Below are positions 1-11,746 of a stretch of DNA of 64,000 nt, piece by piece; within the stretch, counting starts at the first letter, position 1, and every line of letters starts with the position of its first letter. Location of the stretch: NCBI GenBank assembly GCA_002269645.1, contig NIVC01002289.1, forward strand, positions 62,001 through 126,000, given 5' to 3'. The position numbers were made by a program, and so were the translations under genes. The stretch comes from Macrostomum lignano (taxonomy: Eukaryota). Below the pieces are notes generated by a model that was not told the DNA's origin, ran no database searches, and saw only the letters and a list, made by a program, of their open reading frames with translations.

Positions 1-639
1 GCCATCTGCAATAAGGATCAAGCCATGAATTCCAGCATTAGCATGAATTTTAAGAATTAATTGCATTTTGTTGTAAAATATGTTATTACTTATTACTTGT
101 TAATCAGACTTGTTTTTCCACATTTCAATAAAACATTTTTATGTAAGTCACATTAAAAAATAGTTCATGTATGGTATGCAGACTATCATTCCTCAAAAAA
201 ATTCTGATGCACACTGCCACCTTAACTACAGAAAGTAGGATAAGATCTTAATCCTGATACCATTCTTTATTCTATCTTTAAATATTGTTATAAATTAGAT
301 AATGATTTTTAGGATATAGTAGGATATCCTAGATATCAGTGAATCTTAAATTATACTCCTGATTGCATGATAAACTTTTAAATTTTATCTTCTACTAATG
401 AGATTTTCATAGTGTATCCAAATATCCTTGATTACTAGATTTTGATGTATGCTTTTTGGTATCTTACTAAGTTAGTTTTAGTATGTAGTTTCACAAGATC
501 AAACCATTTTTATAGTTAAACTCTTTAATCTGTTTCTTACTATTTAAGTGGTAGGAGCATGCTTAGTACAATTTTAATTTGATGATTTGGCAATTTTTTA
601 ATTCTACATTTGTTTCAGACTTGCAAATTTACCATCGCC

Positions 640-1919
640 ATGTCTTTGTCAAAAACAATGGCTTGCAACATTTCTCGTCGTATGTACTCAGCAGTGCAGA
701 GCACAACTCAAGTGCCTCAGCAGGCTGCAACTGAAAGAACTGCAGATCCGCTGACTGACAGGTTCAAGCGACGACACACATACTTACGCATCTCGCTTGC
801 CGAAAAGTGTAACTTGCGATGTAAGTGATTCTCTTTGCTTCTTGCTTCTTTTTTCCTTTTGCCCACAATGCATTTTAACGAAATTCATGCGTATCTATAA
901 AATTGCAGGCCAGTACTGCATGCCGGCCGAAGGTGTCTCGCTAACACCATCTAAGTCACTACTGACTAGCACTGAGATTTCCCGTCTAGCGCGCGCATTC
1001 GTTAGCTGGGGTGTGCGCAAGGTGCGCCTCACTGGCGGCGAGCCGCTCCTGCGCGCCGACCTATTGGACATTGTTGCCGGATTGAATGAGCTAAGGTCGC
1101 AGGGCCTGCAGTCAATCGGCATAACAACTAATGGCATTTTGCTCCAGCGCCAGGCCCGGGCGCTCCGACAGGCCGGCTTAGATGCCTTGAACGTCAGCTG
1201 CGACACCTTGGTCCCCGGCAAGTTCGAGTTGGTCACTAGGCGGCGCGGCTGGGACCGCGTCTGGTCAGGCGTGCGGCACGCTCTCGACAGCGGCTTTCCC
1301 ATTGTGAAGATCAACTGCGTTGCTATGCGCGGCTTTAACGATGATGAATTAGTTGATTTTGTCCGTCTCACTCTGGACCATGCCTACGATGTACGCTTCA
1401 TTGAGTACATGCCATTCGATGGCAACCGGTGGAGCACCAGGAAGATGCTGCCCTACGCTGAAATGCTGGACAGAATTCGTGTTGAATTTCCTAACATCGA
1501 GCGCCTGCCAGACGAGCCCAACCACGTGTCCAAAGCGTGGAAAGTGCCCGGCGCTAGGGGCCGTGTCGGCTTCATCTCTAGCATGACGCAGCATTTTTGC
1601 GCAGTGTGCAACAGGGTTCGAGTCACGGCCGATGGCAATTTTAAAGTGTGCCTCCACGGCGGCAGCGAAGTCAGTCTGCGCGACGCGATACGGTCCGGCG
1701 CCACTGACGATGAGCTGAAGCAGATCGTGTCCGATTCTCTGCAGCGTAAGAAAGCTCAGCATGCCGGTAAGTAAATCTGTTCTTTATGTCGCTTTCAATT
1801 TAGCACTACTCTAAGTAGTTCGTGCTGCACCATATTAGTCGACTATCTTAAAACAAATTTTAGGAATGGAGACTCTGTCCAAACTCAAGAACCGACCGAT
1901 GATTCTTATTGGTGGCTGA
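640..1919 (+). CDS. MOCS1: Molybdenum cofactor biosynthesis protein 1A (GTP 3',8-cyclase, MoaA-like radical SAM); exons 640-820, 909-1766, 1864-1919; ~364 aa
   Basis: Splicing gtaagt(821)..ttgcag(908) joins CNLRC/QYC into the CxxxCxxC motif. Also LTGGEPLLR, ITTNG, RFIEYMPF, the second cluster CAVCNRVR...VC, and a final exon ending NRPMILIGG* (diagnostic C-terminal GG). N-terminus resembles a mitochondrial presequence (SRRMY/S). AATAAA at 1955-1960. Confidence 0.95.
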
Positions 1920-2921
1920 TATCCATCTTCTTTGAACTTATTGAAAGATTTTTAAATAAATCGTGCTACTACCCAGATTACACCGTCCATTCCAATTTTG
2001 CTATTTTCCCTAGACCGCCTTGCGTAAACATCTTTGAGTTCTATTACAAGATGTGTATTTTATACTGCGATGCAGATTGTACAGTTCTACTATAGCATGT
2101 CATTAACAGGCCTCAATTCTCTGTTAAACACCAATTTTTTATACAAACAACCGACGAAAGCAGATAATCACGTCTTTCTTACAAATACTTTGTTATGAAT
2201 ATATTTTCCTGTACTATTCAAATTGCCTGTTTCAAATCGAACGAAGCATACACATCTGGGCCCTAATAACAAAAACAATATTTATCACTCTGCATGACAG
2301 GCTGGTTACTTCGCGCCTTTTATACAGTAAATTTACCTTTCGAGCTTGATTTATATCGTATCAGTGATTTGTAGCTATTTAATGAATATTTGATTGTCTT
2401 TAACAATTACCATATTAATTAGACATATTTATTTACTTTTTTTACATTCTTCCCTGCGACATTTTTGTCGCTAGTGCTATTAGATTAGCTCTCGATTTTA
2501 AAGTTCTTATTAATTATTCTTCTATCAGTAGCATATCTCTGCAATTCGTTTTGACTTCTTCTTTCTCCGATTTTTTGCTACTCAAATATTGGTTTCTGCC
2601 TGTTATGTAGATTTTATCAAGGATCGCTGCAGTACAATATAAAAGGCACAAGACTCAAAGATCGTGTAATTTATTGAAGGCCAATTTCCTGGAATAAATA
2701 CACAGCGGAGATAAGATAAAATCTTTTTTTATATAGTTGTGTAGTGAAAGTTTCATGTTGTTTTATTTTTATTTCATAAGCCCATAGTTGTATGCACTAA
2801 CTGCGTGTGCATGTGTGTAGGAAGTAATATGCATTAAATGCATTAAACTGGAATTGTACCTGCAATTATTTCTTATGAGCACCTGAATTCAAACATTTTT
2901 TACAAATATACTCATGCTTGG

Positions 2922-3073
2922 GCGCAACCTAGGGATTCACCCGGCCTTTTCTATTGTCAACACACATGGAAGTCGCTATTGGACGGAATAGTAGTCACGT
3001 GACTGCTCTCAGCCAATAGCGACTTACGTGTGTGTTGCCAATAGAAACGGCCGAGTGATTCCCAAGGTTGCGC
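2922..3073. mobile_element. ~150-bp imperfect palindrome (MITE/foldback-like) centred on AGTCACGTGACT
   Basis: Arms pair across the centre: gcgcaacc/ggttgcgc, ttctattg/caatagaa, aacacaca/tgtgtgtt, aagtcgctattgg/ccaatagcgactt. Confidence 0.7.
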
Positions 3074-3610
3074 ATGTATGATTATATACTTGATTCAAGA
3101 TCACTTGTGAGTAGCTGGTGTTACAACTTTAGGCTTATGAAATGAAAAGAAAAATAATACGAGAATGAAACTGTACTGTACAACTATTTAAATAAAACAG
3201 TAACACGTAAAGCATGTTAAATTAAACAAATTGTAATCTTCACTGACCCAGATCAAATGCAATCATTTTGTGATGAAAGAATAATTGCTTTCTGTCTCCG
3301 CAGTGTATTTTTTCAGGAAATTGGCCTCCAAAATGACACGATCTTTGACTTGCAGGTTGCAGGTCATGTTATTCTACAGTGGTTGGATTTTATTCAGACT
3401 AATTAAATAAATGATCAGAATATTTCTTCACTATAGTTACCAGCATATTTGTTTTTCTGTGTCAAGTTTATTTAGTTCCGCGTAGAAACAACGTTTTTTT
3501 AATTTGTGTTTGCTCAAAAATTTTATGCATGAAATTTCACTACCGATTTCAGAGAAGTTGTTGAGCCAGACAAATCCCACCCTACATCAAATTCCGACAT
3601 AATTTCAACA

Positions 3611-4048
3611 ATGGGCGATTGCTACAACTGCGGCAAGCCGGGACATTTCTCGCGCGAGTGCCCCCAGGGAGGCGGCGGCGGCGGCGGTCGCGGTGGCCGC
3701 GGCGGCGGCGGTGGCGGTGGCGGCTCGTGCTACAACTGCGGCCAGCCCGGCCACTTGGCCAGGGACTGTCCTGATGGTGGCAGCCGCGATGGCGGCCGCG
3801 GCGGCGGTTTCGGTGGCGGCCGCGGCGGCGGCTTCGGAGGTGGCCGCGGCGGTGGCTTCGGAGGTGGCGGCTACGGCGGCGGCCGGGGTGGCGGCTTCGG
3901 TGGCGGTGGTGGCGGCGGCGGCAGTCGCTGCTACCGTTGCAACGAGGTCGGCCACATGGCGCGCGACTGCAGCCAGCCGCAGGCCGAGATGACCTGCTAC
4001 CGCTGCAACAAGCCCGGTCACATGGCCCGCGACTGCCAGGAGGCTTGA
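3611..4048 (+). CDS. CNBP/GIS2-like CCHC zinc-knuckle, RGG/FGG-rich nucleic-acid-binding protein, copy 1 (145 aa, intronless)
   Basis: Four CX2CX4HX4C knuckles ([56 protein letters not shown]) separated by Gly/RGG/GGFGGG runs. AATAAA at 4288-4293. Confidence 0.88.
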   Translation: MGDCYNCGKPGHFSRECPQGGGGGGGRGGRGGGGGGGGSCYNCGQPGHLARDCPDGGSRDGGRGGGFGGGRGGGFGGGRGGGFGGGGYGGGRGGGFGGGGGGGGSRCYRCNEVGHMARDCSQPQAEMTCYRCNKPGHMARDCQEA

Positions 4049-4955
4049 TTGCCTGGCAATTGTTCGGATCTGAGTGGCAAATGTATCCCCTTTGTTTTGC
4101 CCGCTGCTCTGGCCGTGCGTTCTTTAACTATTTATGCAGTTCGTGTTTGTTGTTCCAAACCTTCTGGGCATTTAAATGTACCATGAAGTGTAATTTATCC
4201 AACAGCAGTAGTCTCGTGTTGCTTTAGCCCTTCGAATTGAATCGTTTCGTACAAATGTTGAGCTGGAAAGTAGAATACTTCAATATGAATAAAATGTTCC
4301 TGAATTGATCTGTCACCAGTCGCCACACAAGCATTAGTTGCGCGTAATATTAAAATAATAGAAGATCAAAAGTTTCGTGCGAATGCTTCGAGGGGTTATT
4401 GCTGTCTATCTATTTTTTGGCACCTGCGTGTGCAGTTACCGGTGGTCTCGACAAGAGTATTTTTTGTCCTGTCCCGTTCGATCAGATTTCTATTAATGCA
4501 AGTAGTAGAATCAGGTCGACTCTAGCTGCATTTACGGAAGGGTCAGTGCATTGATAATAAAATTGAAAAAATCAAGAAAAATTATAAAAACCTGTTTGCA
4601 TAAATTGTGCGTCGTTAGCCGTTATAATTTCTTTTGTACTTGCCTAGATTAAGTAGTCACGGATTTTAATAGCTTTATTTTTAAATTGGTCAGTTTTTAT
4701 CCGCTTCATTCAATAGAGAAATAAAACTACAAAAAAATCTATCAGATTTTTTATAGAATTTAGCTGGCGAGTCTCTTCTATTGTATATTAGAATATTGTA
4801 AAGCCCATTTTTGTCAATGAAATGCATATTAATATTTCCTATCTTCCAGTGGTGTGTGAAGGCGTTGAGGCTAGCAGAGTGATAAGTGGTTGCTTCAGTT
4901 CTAAAAGAGTTTTCCATCTTTCGAGAGCTTCGTGCTAACATCTATTGACAATAAA

Positions 4956-5402
4956 ATGGGCGATTGCTACAACTGCGGCAAGCCGGGACATTTCTCGCGC
5001 GAGTGCCCCCAGGGAGGCGGCGGCGGCGGTCGCGGTGGCCGCGGCGGCGGCGGTGGCGGTGGCGGCGCGTGCTACAACTGCGGTCAGCCCGGCCACTTGG
5101 CCAGGGACTGTCCTGATGGTGGCAGCCGCGATGGCGGCTTCGGAGGCGGCCGCGGCGGCGGTTTCGGTGGCGGCCGCGGCGGCGGCTTCGGAGGTGGCCG
5201 CGGCGGTGGCTTCGGAGGTGGAGGCTACGGCGGCGGCCGGGGTGGCGGCTTCGGTGGCGGTGGTGGCGGCGGCGGCAGTCGCTGCTACCGTTGCAACGAG
5301 GTCGGCCACATGGCGCGCGACTGCAGCCAGCCGCAGGCCGAGATGACCTGCTACCGCTGCAACAAGCCCGGTCACATGGCCCGCGACTGCCAGGAGGCTT
5401 AA
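4956..5402 (+). CDS. CNBP/GIS2-like CCHC zinc-knuckle RGG protein, copy 2 (148 aa, intronless)
   Basis: Near-identical to 3611-4048. ATG at 4956, TAA stop, same four knuckles; differs mainly in Gly-run and GGFGGGR repeat number. Confidence 0.88.
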   Translation: MGDCYNCGKPGHFSRECPQGGGGGGRGGRGGGGGGGGACYNCGQPGHLARDCPDGGSRDGGFGGGRGGGFGGGRGGGFGGGRGGGFGGGGYGGGRGGGFGGGGGGGGSRCYRCNEVGHMARDCSQPQAEMTCYRCNKPGHMARDCQEA

Positions 5403-6439
5403 GCAACCTACCTATGCTGGCTAGATAAGACGCCTTCAGTTTGTATTGAGTCAAGCGGAGTCCGTCTGGTTTCTAAACTGGGTTTACGAGTACTTTATAT
5501 ATAATATTTGGTGTTAAGTTGTGTTCATATCTTTAGGGATAATCGGCTCATCGATTAACAACTTTGAGTAGGAATCGCGTGGTGTTCTATTCTCCTGTTA
5601 ACAAGTCAGCATTCCGTACGAGCTAGTAGAATACAATCGATAAGTTACGTGTGCAATGAAGGCGCATTTGTACGCCTCAGAAAAGTGCAAAGAAATTTTC
5701 ACGGTCAGTGGACGTAATGAAATTCAGCTTTAAAAAAACTTATAAAGCGACTTGTCTATGTTATTTTTAACACATTTAATGCTTCCACAGCCTAGCGTAC
5801 AGCCATCATTTCTGGCAAGACCTAAACTTCGGCTGTCGGAGCTGTAGTTACGTGCATCTGGCACTGAACGAGTGTACACGGGTGTACGCTTCTCACAGGT
5901 TGTTGAGCAGCCCTATTTGGTGATTTGTGGTCCAACATGCACCAAAGTTGTGCACGGAATCGAATTCAAGAGAATAATTGCCTGTACCTTCCATGAACAA
6001 ACTAGAACACTAGTAGTCAAGTGCGATACCCGATCTTGTCTTCCATCTTTGCCCTGCTAATGATATGCTTATCTCTTGATCCTCTATCCCTCAGCTTCCG
6101 GCCGGGCATGTTAAGCTTCATGATTACGAATTGTAGCGATAGTGCAGAGTCTGGCTGTAGCAGTTTCTCAGGCACAGCTGCCCTGATTCTAAACTGACGT
6201 TTGCTTTACGAGTCGTGCAGTCACTAGGTTTTGGTTGTTTAGCGAGGCAATCGAATGTACGATGCATGCATCTTAGCATGATTAACTGCTCTCACCTTGC
6301 ACTGAATGCCATGATTATATTGAGAATTGAGTGCGAATATGCAGGCTTGCAGTGAAGCCAACCTGACAATTTTCCAGTTCACTCAACTCTATTGTTTTTC
6401 TTCCTGCGCAGCGATACAAAAGCTCTGACATTATTCGTT

Positions 6440-6651
6440 GGAAATAGCTTAGTAAAGTGTACATTATTTTCAGAATCGGTGTTGGCACCGCCAGCACTCA
6501 TTTTGGCGCTGCAGGCGCTATACTCCTAGAAGCAAAATTACTGATTCCCAAAATGGGTCACAAGGTTGGGTGGGTGACAAAGCGTTGGCATGTCCCCATA
6601 GCCCCATAGTCCCCCCTATCACCCCCGGCCCCGGTGTCAACGCCCCTGATA
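6440..6651 (-). mobile_element. Dispersed repeat fragment (non-autonomous DNA-element-like), related to 16340-16659
   Basis: Shares cactcattttggcg, ttggcatgtcccc and a terminal cgcccctga/cgctcctga with the 16.4-16.66 kb region. Confidence 0.4.
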
Positions 6652-7177
6652 CATGAATCATCAGATCAGATTGCCGCACGAAGAGCTTTATATTACGTAA
6701 TATTATAAGCATTCAGCAATTGGATTCACGTACTCATGTTGACCCTGATGCATGCTGCTCATGGATCTCTTACAAATACAATTCATCCTGCTGGTACTTG
6801 GAACTAATAAACAATACAGAGATATTTCAAGTTCCACATGTAATTCACTTTGGTCTTTATTTAGACCGTATTAAACAAATTATAAACAACGAAAGTAGCA
6901 GGAACGCTATTTTGTACTCGCCAACCCGTGTGATTTTCACTGCATGAATTGAGGCCCGAAGTTTCTGATACAAAACCCATGCAGGCTCTGTACAAGTACA
7001 TGTACAGAGCGAGATAGCTGAAACTTTTTAGTTCAGTTTAAGCGCATGCCCTTACAGCCCTTGCTCGCAAATTCAGGTGATAGATATATTTGTCACTGCT
7101 AAAAATCTCAAAACTCTGAGCTGGTAAATGTTTTATGATTTGAGTGTCATTGCAGAATGGCCAGATGGTCAGCAAGA

Positions 7178-8842
7178 TCACAGCTGGCTATCTTGCTGTA
7201 GAACCGGACTGTCGCCCGCTGTCCGCATTGGCGTCTGCAGCGACATCGGCTTGTGCTCTCCCCGCCGCGTGCCATCCCTGCTTGTCGGCTGGTCTGAAAA
7301 GCGTCGGCGCTGGCGACAGCAGCATCGTGGCAGCAGCAGGTCACGCAGCTCGCAACGCAGGCTCTCGTTGAAGAAGCCGTACAGCAGTGGGTTGGCGCAC
7401 GCCGAGGCCAGCACAGCCAGCAGGCAGAGGCTCTGGGCGACGAGGGCGGAGAAGCCCAGATCCGCCTGGGCCACGCGGCCCTCGGCCTCGGAAAAGCTGA
7501 CCTCATCATGCCGCAGGTCGATCTGCCAGAGCTTCACGTCGTGTAGCAAGTTGGAGAGGGACAGCGGCAGCCAGGACAGTCCAAACAGCAGGGCCACACC
7601 TCCCAGTAGGCAGTTGGCTCGGCGCCTGCGGCGGCTTTCCACCTGTTGGCGCATCTGTTGCAGCGGCGTTAGCGAGCAGGCGCAGCGGCTACTCGTCAGC
7701 CGACGGCTCAGGCGGCCGCGAATCCGAGCGAAGGCCTGCAGTAGAGCGACGAGTGGCGCGGCGTACTGCAGGCACAGGCTGGCGCAGCTGTAGGCCACCT
7801 TCAGCAGCCGGTCTGCGGAGCTGCCGGCCCGCTCGGCGCAGATCTCGCGCCGGCCGCCGCTCAGCCAGGTGGCGTCATCGGCCAGTTCGGCGAACCAAAG
7901 CAGCGGGCTGGCGGCCACGGCCGCTGCCACCCAGATGGCCGGCAGGACGAGGCGGCTGCGCCGTCTGGCCGGCTCGCTGGGTCCGGGCTGCAGCACCACC
8001 TGCACCAGCCAATGGTTTGCTGCTCTATTTGAGCTTTGTGAACGCATGAGCTTACATGAGCATTGGGTACTGGCACTCTCCCTTCCCCCATGACCATCGG
8101 GGACCGGCACTCCCCTTCCCCATGACCATCGGGGACTGGCACTCCCTTTCCCCATGACCATCGGGGACTAGCACTCTCCCTTCCCCCATGATCATCGGGG
8201 ACTGGCACTCCCCTTCCCAATGACCATCGGGGACTGGCACTGCCCTTCCCAATGACCATCGGGGACTAGCACTCTCCCTTCCCCATGACCATCGGGTACT
8301 GGCACTCCCCCTTCCCCCATGACCATCGGGAATGACACTGGCACCAAGCTCACCTGGCATCTGTCCACAGCTATTGCTGCCACAGAAAAGGTGGACGCGA
8401 ATAGGTTGAGCCCGGTGAGGCCGTTTACCAATTTGCACAACGCCAGGCCGCTCTCCCAGCCCAGCTCGGGAAACAGCAGGCGCCGAATGTTGCACGGCTG
8501 GGTCAGGGAGCACAGGACAAAGTCGGACACGGCCAGGTTCAGCACTAGCAGGTTGGTCATGGTTCGCATGCCCGGCCGGCGCCACACCGCCAGCACCAGT
8601 AGGGCATTGCCAGACGCTCCAAACGCCATGAGGCAGAGGAACGTAGCCAGCAGGGGCAGCCTGAGCTGGTGCAGCTCCTGCAGCCGCTCCCGCTCCGCCT
8701 GCCCGATCACCTGCTTGACAAAGCCGGTCTGGTTGCGGCACAGGTAGAACTGGAGCAGCGGCTGCACGTCAAACAGGCGGTTCTGCTGCAGGTGGTGCAG
8801 GCAGGCCGCGGCGCTCGAGTTCGGACTGCCTGAGGGCTCCAT
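7178..8842 (-). CDS. Rhodopsin-class neuropeptide GPCR, NPY/NPF-receptor-like; exons 8842-8354 and 7999-7178; ~436 aa
   Basis: TM1 GN (ASGNALL), TM2 NLAVSDF, TM3 end DRC/QVV joined by a phase-0 intron 8353-8000 (gtgag..tgcag), TM5 QYAAP, TM6 FGLSWLP, TM7 CANPLLYGFFN. Confidence 0.92.
8065..8345. repeat. Minisatellite, 32-34 bp unit (ggggactggcactccccttccccatgaccatc), ~8 copies, in the GPCR intron
   Basis: Direct tandem periodicity; starts ~10 nt from the donor site. Confidence 0.9.
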
Positions 8843-9769
8843 TCTTACAGGAGATGGTTGTTGGATCTGCGTGTGAGGCTGGGCAAATTCGATTCCGAGT
8901 ATCCAACAAGATTTACGATCGGATTATCCGACTTCAATCGCGCTCTGCCGTCTGCTTTATTCCTAACCTGTGAATCCCTGGGGAGCGGTGCTCATTGAAC
9001 TCGATTCGAGAAGATTATTTCCTTGAGCCCGTGACGGATGTTCTATTTGATGAGGAGCTGTGTATTAGAACAGAACTCTTTTTCAGCTGCATTGTGAAAT
9101 TTGAATATTTCTTTCAATACCTATACCTGAGCTGAAGGCGGGTTTAATATTTTCTCAATTCGACAACATAATTTAATATGGTTCCTGCCGAAGGTTTCAC
9201 GCTCTTCTAGCTCCGCTGAGGATGGAGGAGAGAAGAGATGGGAGGGGAGAGGAGAGAAGAGAGAAGAGAGGAGAGGGGAGATTAGAGAGGAAAGGAGAGG
9301 GGAGAGGACAGAGGAGAGGAGAGAGGGGACCCCTCAATTCACGCCGTCTCGATCAGCCCTAGACAGGACGGGACAGGAACTGCTCACCAATCCATCATCT
9401 AATTACGCTCAGATTTTTCAAACTTTCTCTGGGATGGAATTGTTTCTAAAGCGCAAGAAATACTCAGTTAATTAAGCGCAAGACCTGTCAGAGTCTAATT
9501 TCCTGACCTGGGCAAAGTAAGCTGACTATCAGCGGCGAAATCTGATTAATGCATGCAGACAGAATCAGTCAGCCAGTCCGTCCAGCTTCATCCTAAACTA
9601 GCTTCCTTTACACTTCCCCTCACGCTTCAAAGCAAACTGCGCATAGCCGAGGGGAAGGGCCACGCCTTTCAGTGGCGAAAACAAGATTGCTACTGGGACT
9701 GCTACTGAGACTAAGGTACTAATCTAAGATGCATCAACCTCGTGGTTATCTGCAGCATCAGGTGTCTGT

Positions 9770-10333
9770 TTCAAGGTGTCAGTGTCAAACTGTCAGTCTC
9801 AAACAGTCAGTCTCAAGCTGTCAGTCTCGAACTGTCAGTCTCAAACCGTCAGTCTCAAGCTGTCAGTCTCAAATTGTCAGTCTCAAGGTGTCAGTCTCAA
9901 GGTGTCAGTCTCAAGGTGTCAGTCTCAAGGTGTCAGTCTCAAGGTGTCAGTCTCAAGGTGTCAGTCTCAAGGTGTCAGTCTCAAGGTGTCAGTCTCAAGG
10001 TGTCAGTCTCAAGGTGTCAGTTTCAAGGTGTCAGTCTCAAATTGTCAGTCTCAAGGTGTCAGTCTCAAGGTGTCAGTCTCAAGGTGTCAGTCTCAAACTG
10101 TCAGTCTCAAGGTGTCAGTCTCAAGGTGTCAGTCTCAAGGTGTCAGTCTCAAGGTGTCAGTCTCAAGCTGTCAGTCTCAAGCTGTCAGTCTCAAACTGTC
10201 AGTCTCAAGCTGTCAGTCGCAAGGTGTCAGTCTCAAGGTGTCAGTCTCAAGGTGTCAGTCTCAATGTGTCAGTCTTAAGCTGTCAGTCTCAAACCGTCAG
10301 TCTCAAGATGTCAGTCTCAAGCTGTCAGTCTCA
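9770..10333. repeat. Minisatellite, 14-bp unit (aggtgtcagtctca), ~40 copies
   Basis: Tandem periodicity; produces spurious 14-aa-repeat ORFs. Confidence 0.95.
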
Positions 10334-10869
10334 ATTAGGGCATTCGGCACTAATCCGGGCAACTTACTTGATAGAATTAGTTTGCAGAAAAGTTGCAGCT
10401 CTTCTCTGGCTCAGTTTAGAGCGGACAGTTGCTTCGGAACGTTTTTTTTCAGACTAATTCGTTAGAGATGAGTTGTTGATTCGGGATAGACGGGTGATGC
10501 TCATAAATACTACTACAGAGTACTCATTTGACTCTCCAGCCAAGTCCCATCTGCATCCTCATTGGCTACCAGATGAGCAGCTGCTCAGAATTCGGCGAAT
10601 TATGGGGTTTGCTCGGGGATTTTTTGCTTGCTGAATTTTAGCTTGTCATAGAGTTGCTCGCTTAATTAATAGCAAATAAATAAAGCTTAAGATCAAAATC
10701 TTAAGGTCATAGATCTTAAGCTTTATTTAGCTTGTCAGATTTGGCTTTCATAAGTTTTTTTTCTAAATTTTACAGTTTCTTTAGCCGTTTGCCGTCAGTT
10801 TAGTGAGTGCAGTTTCTGAAACATTGCTGACAGATTCTCTACCGCTAGTGCTGAACTATTGTACGCTAG

Positions 10870-11045
10870 ACTTAGCAACAACAAAAAATTAGAAACAACA
10901 ACAAGAAACAACAAAGAAATAATAGAAACAATAAAAATAGGAAACAACAAAAACAAGAAACAACAGCAACAACAACAACAACAAGAAACAACAAAAATAA
11001 GAAACACCAACAACAATAAACAACATCAACAACAACAACACCCAC
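10870..11045. repeat. Degenerate (CAA)n / A-rich simple repeat
   Basis: caacaacaa runs. Confidence 0.8.
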
Positions 11046-11505
11046 TACGGGGAACCTGGAGCCTCGGCTCCAGCTCCTACCCAACAATCCGTCCTGGGAG
11101 GCGTCCGTCCTGGACGTCGAAGAGCGCCAGAACCTCGGACACCAAGTGTTCCATCGGCTAGGAGATATGGCAGCGAGCAGCCACCCGAGGAATCTCTCTT
11201 GACGTGGCCAATGGTCACTTGGTGATGCGACTCCTCGCTGCCCTCTACTGGGTCCCGGCCTAAGGTTGTCGCTCTCCGCAGCCAACAAGAACGACAACAA
11301 AACCACAATAAGCAACCCTGAAAAGTCAGGCAGCTCTCAGAGAGTCAGGGTTGAGGCAGGCAAGGTCAGATATCACGCCGAAGTCCGCCCCCGCCAGCGG
11401 TGTCCCTATGGCGTCTCCAGCAGGCAGTCACATATATCGATGGGTTCGCACCTGGCCCCGTCTGAGTGGGCCGCCCTAATTTTATTAATGCCTCACAAGT
11501 ACATA

Positions 11506-11746
11506 GGAATCATTGGGTTCAAGATCGTTGGGTTCAGAATCATTGGGTTCAGGATCATTGGGTTCAGGATCATTGGGTTCAGGATCATTGGGTTCAGGAT
11601 CATTGGGTTCAGGATCATTGGGTTCAGGATCATTGGGTTCAGGATCATTGGGTTCAGGATCATTGGGTTCAGGATCATTGGGTTCAGGATCATTGGGTTC
11701 AGGATCATTGGGTTCAGGATCATTGGGTTCAGGATCATTGGGTTCA
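11506..11746. repeat. Minisatellite, 15-bp unit (aggatcattgggttc), 16 copies
   Basis: Nearly perfect tandem array. Confidence 0.95.

Noticed and set aside
797-908. N-terminal extension of ORF 797-1774 (MPKSVTCD...)
   Set aside because: It is read-through of intron 1 from a non-ATG start; the spliced form restores the CxxxCxxC motif.
2200-2640. Possible minus-strand exons (donor-like gtaaat, short GPDVYASF frame)
   Set aside because: The frames are short and interrupted by stops, with no recognisable product.
3605-5454. Ala-rich antisense and alternative-frame ORFs over the CNBP-like genes (likewise over the GPCR, KLF, DENND11, ENaC and ZNRF exons)
   Set aside because: Shadow ORFs caused by GC-rich codon usage.
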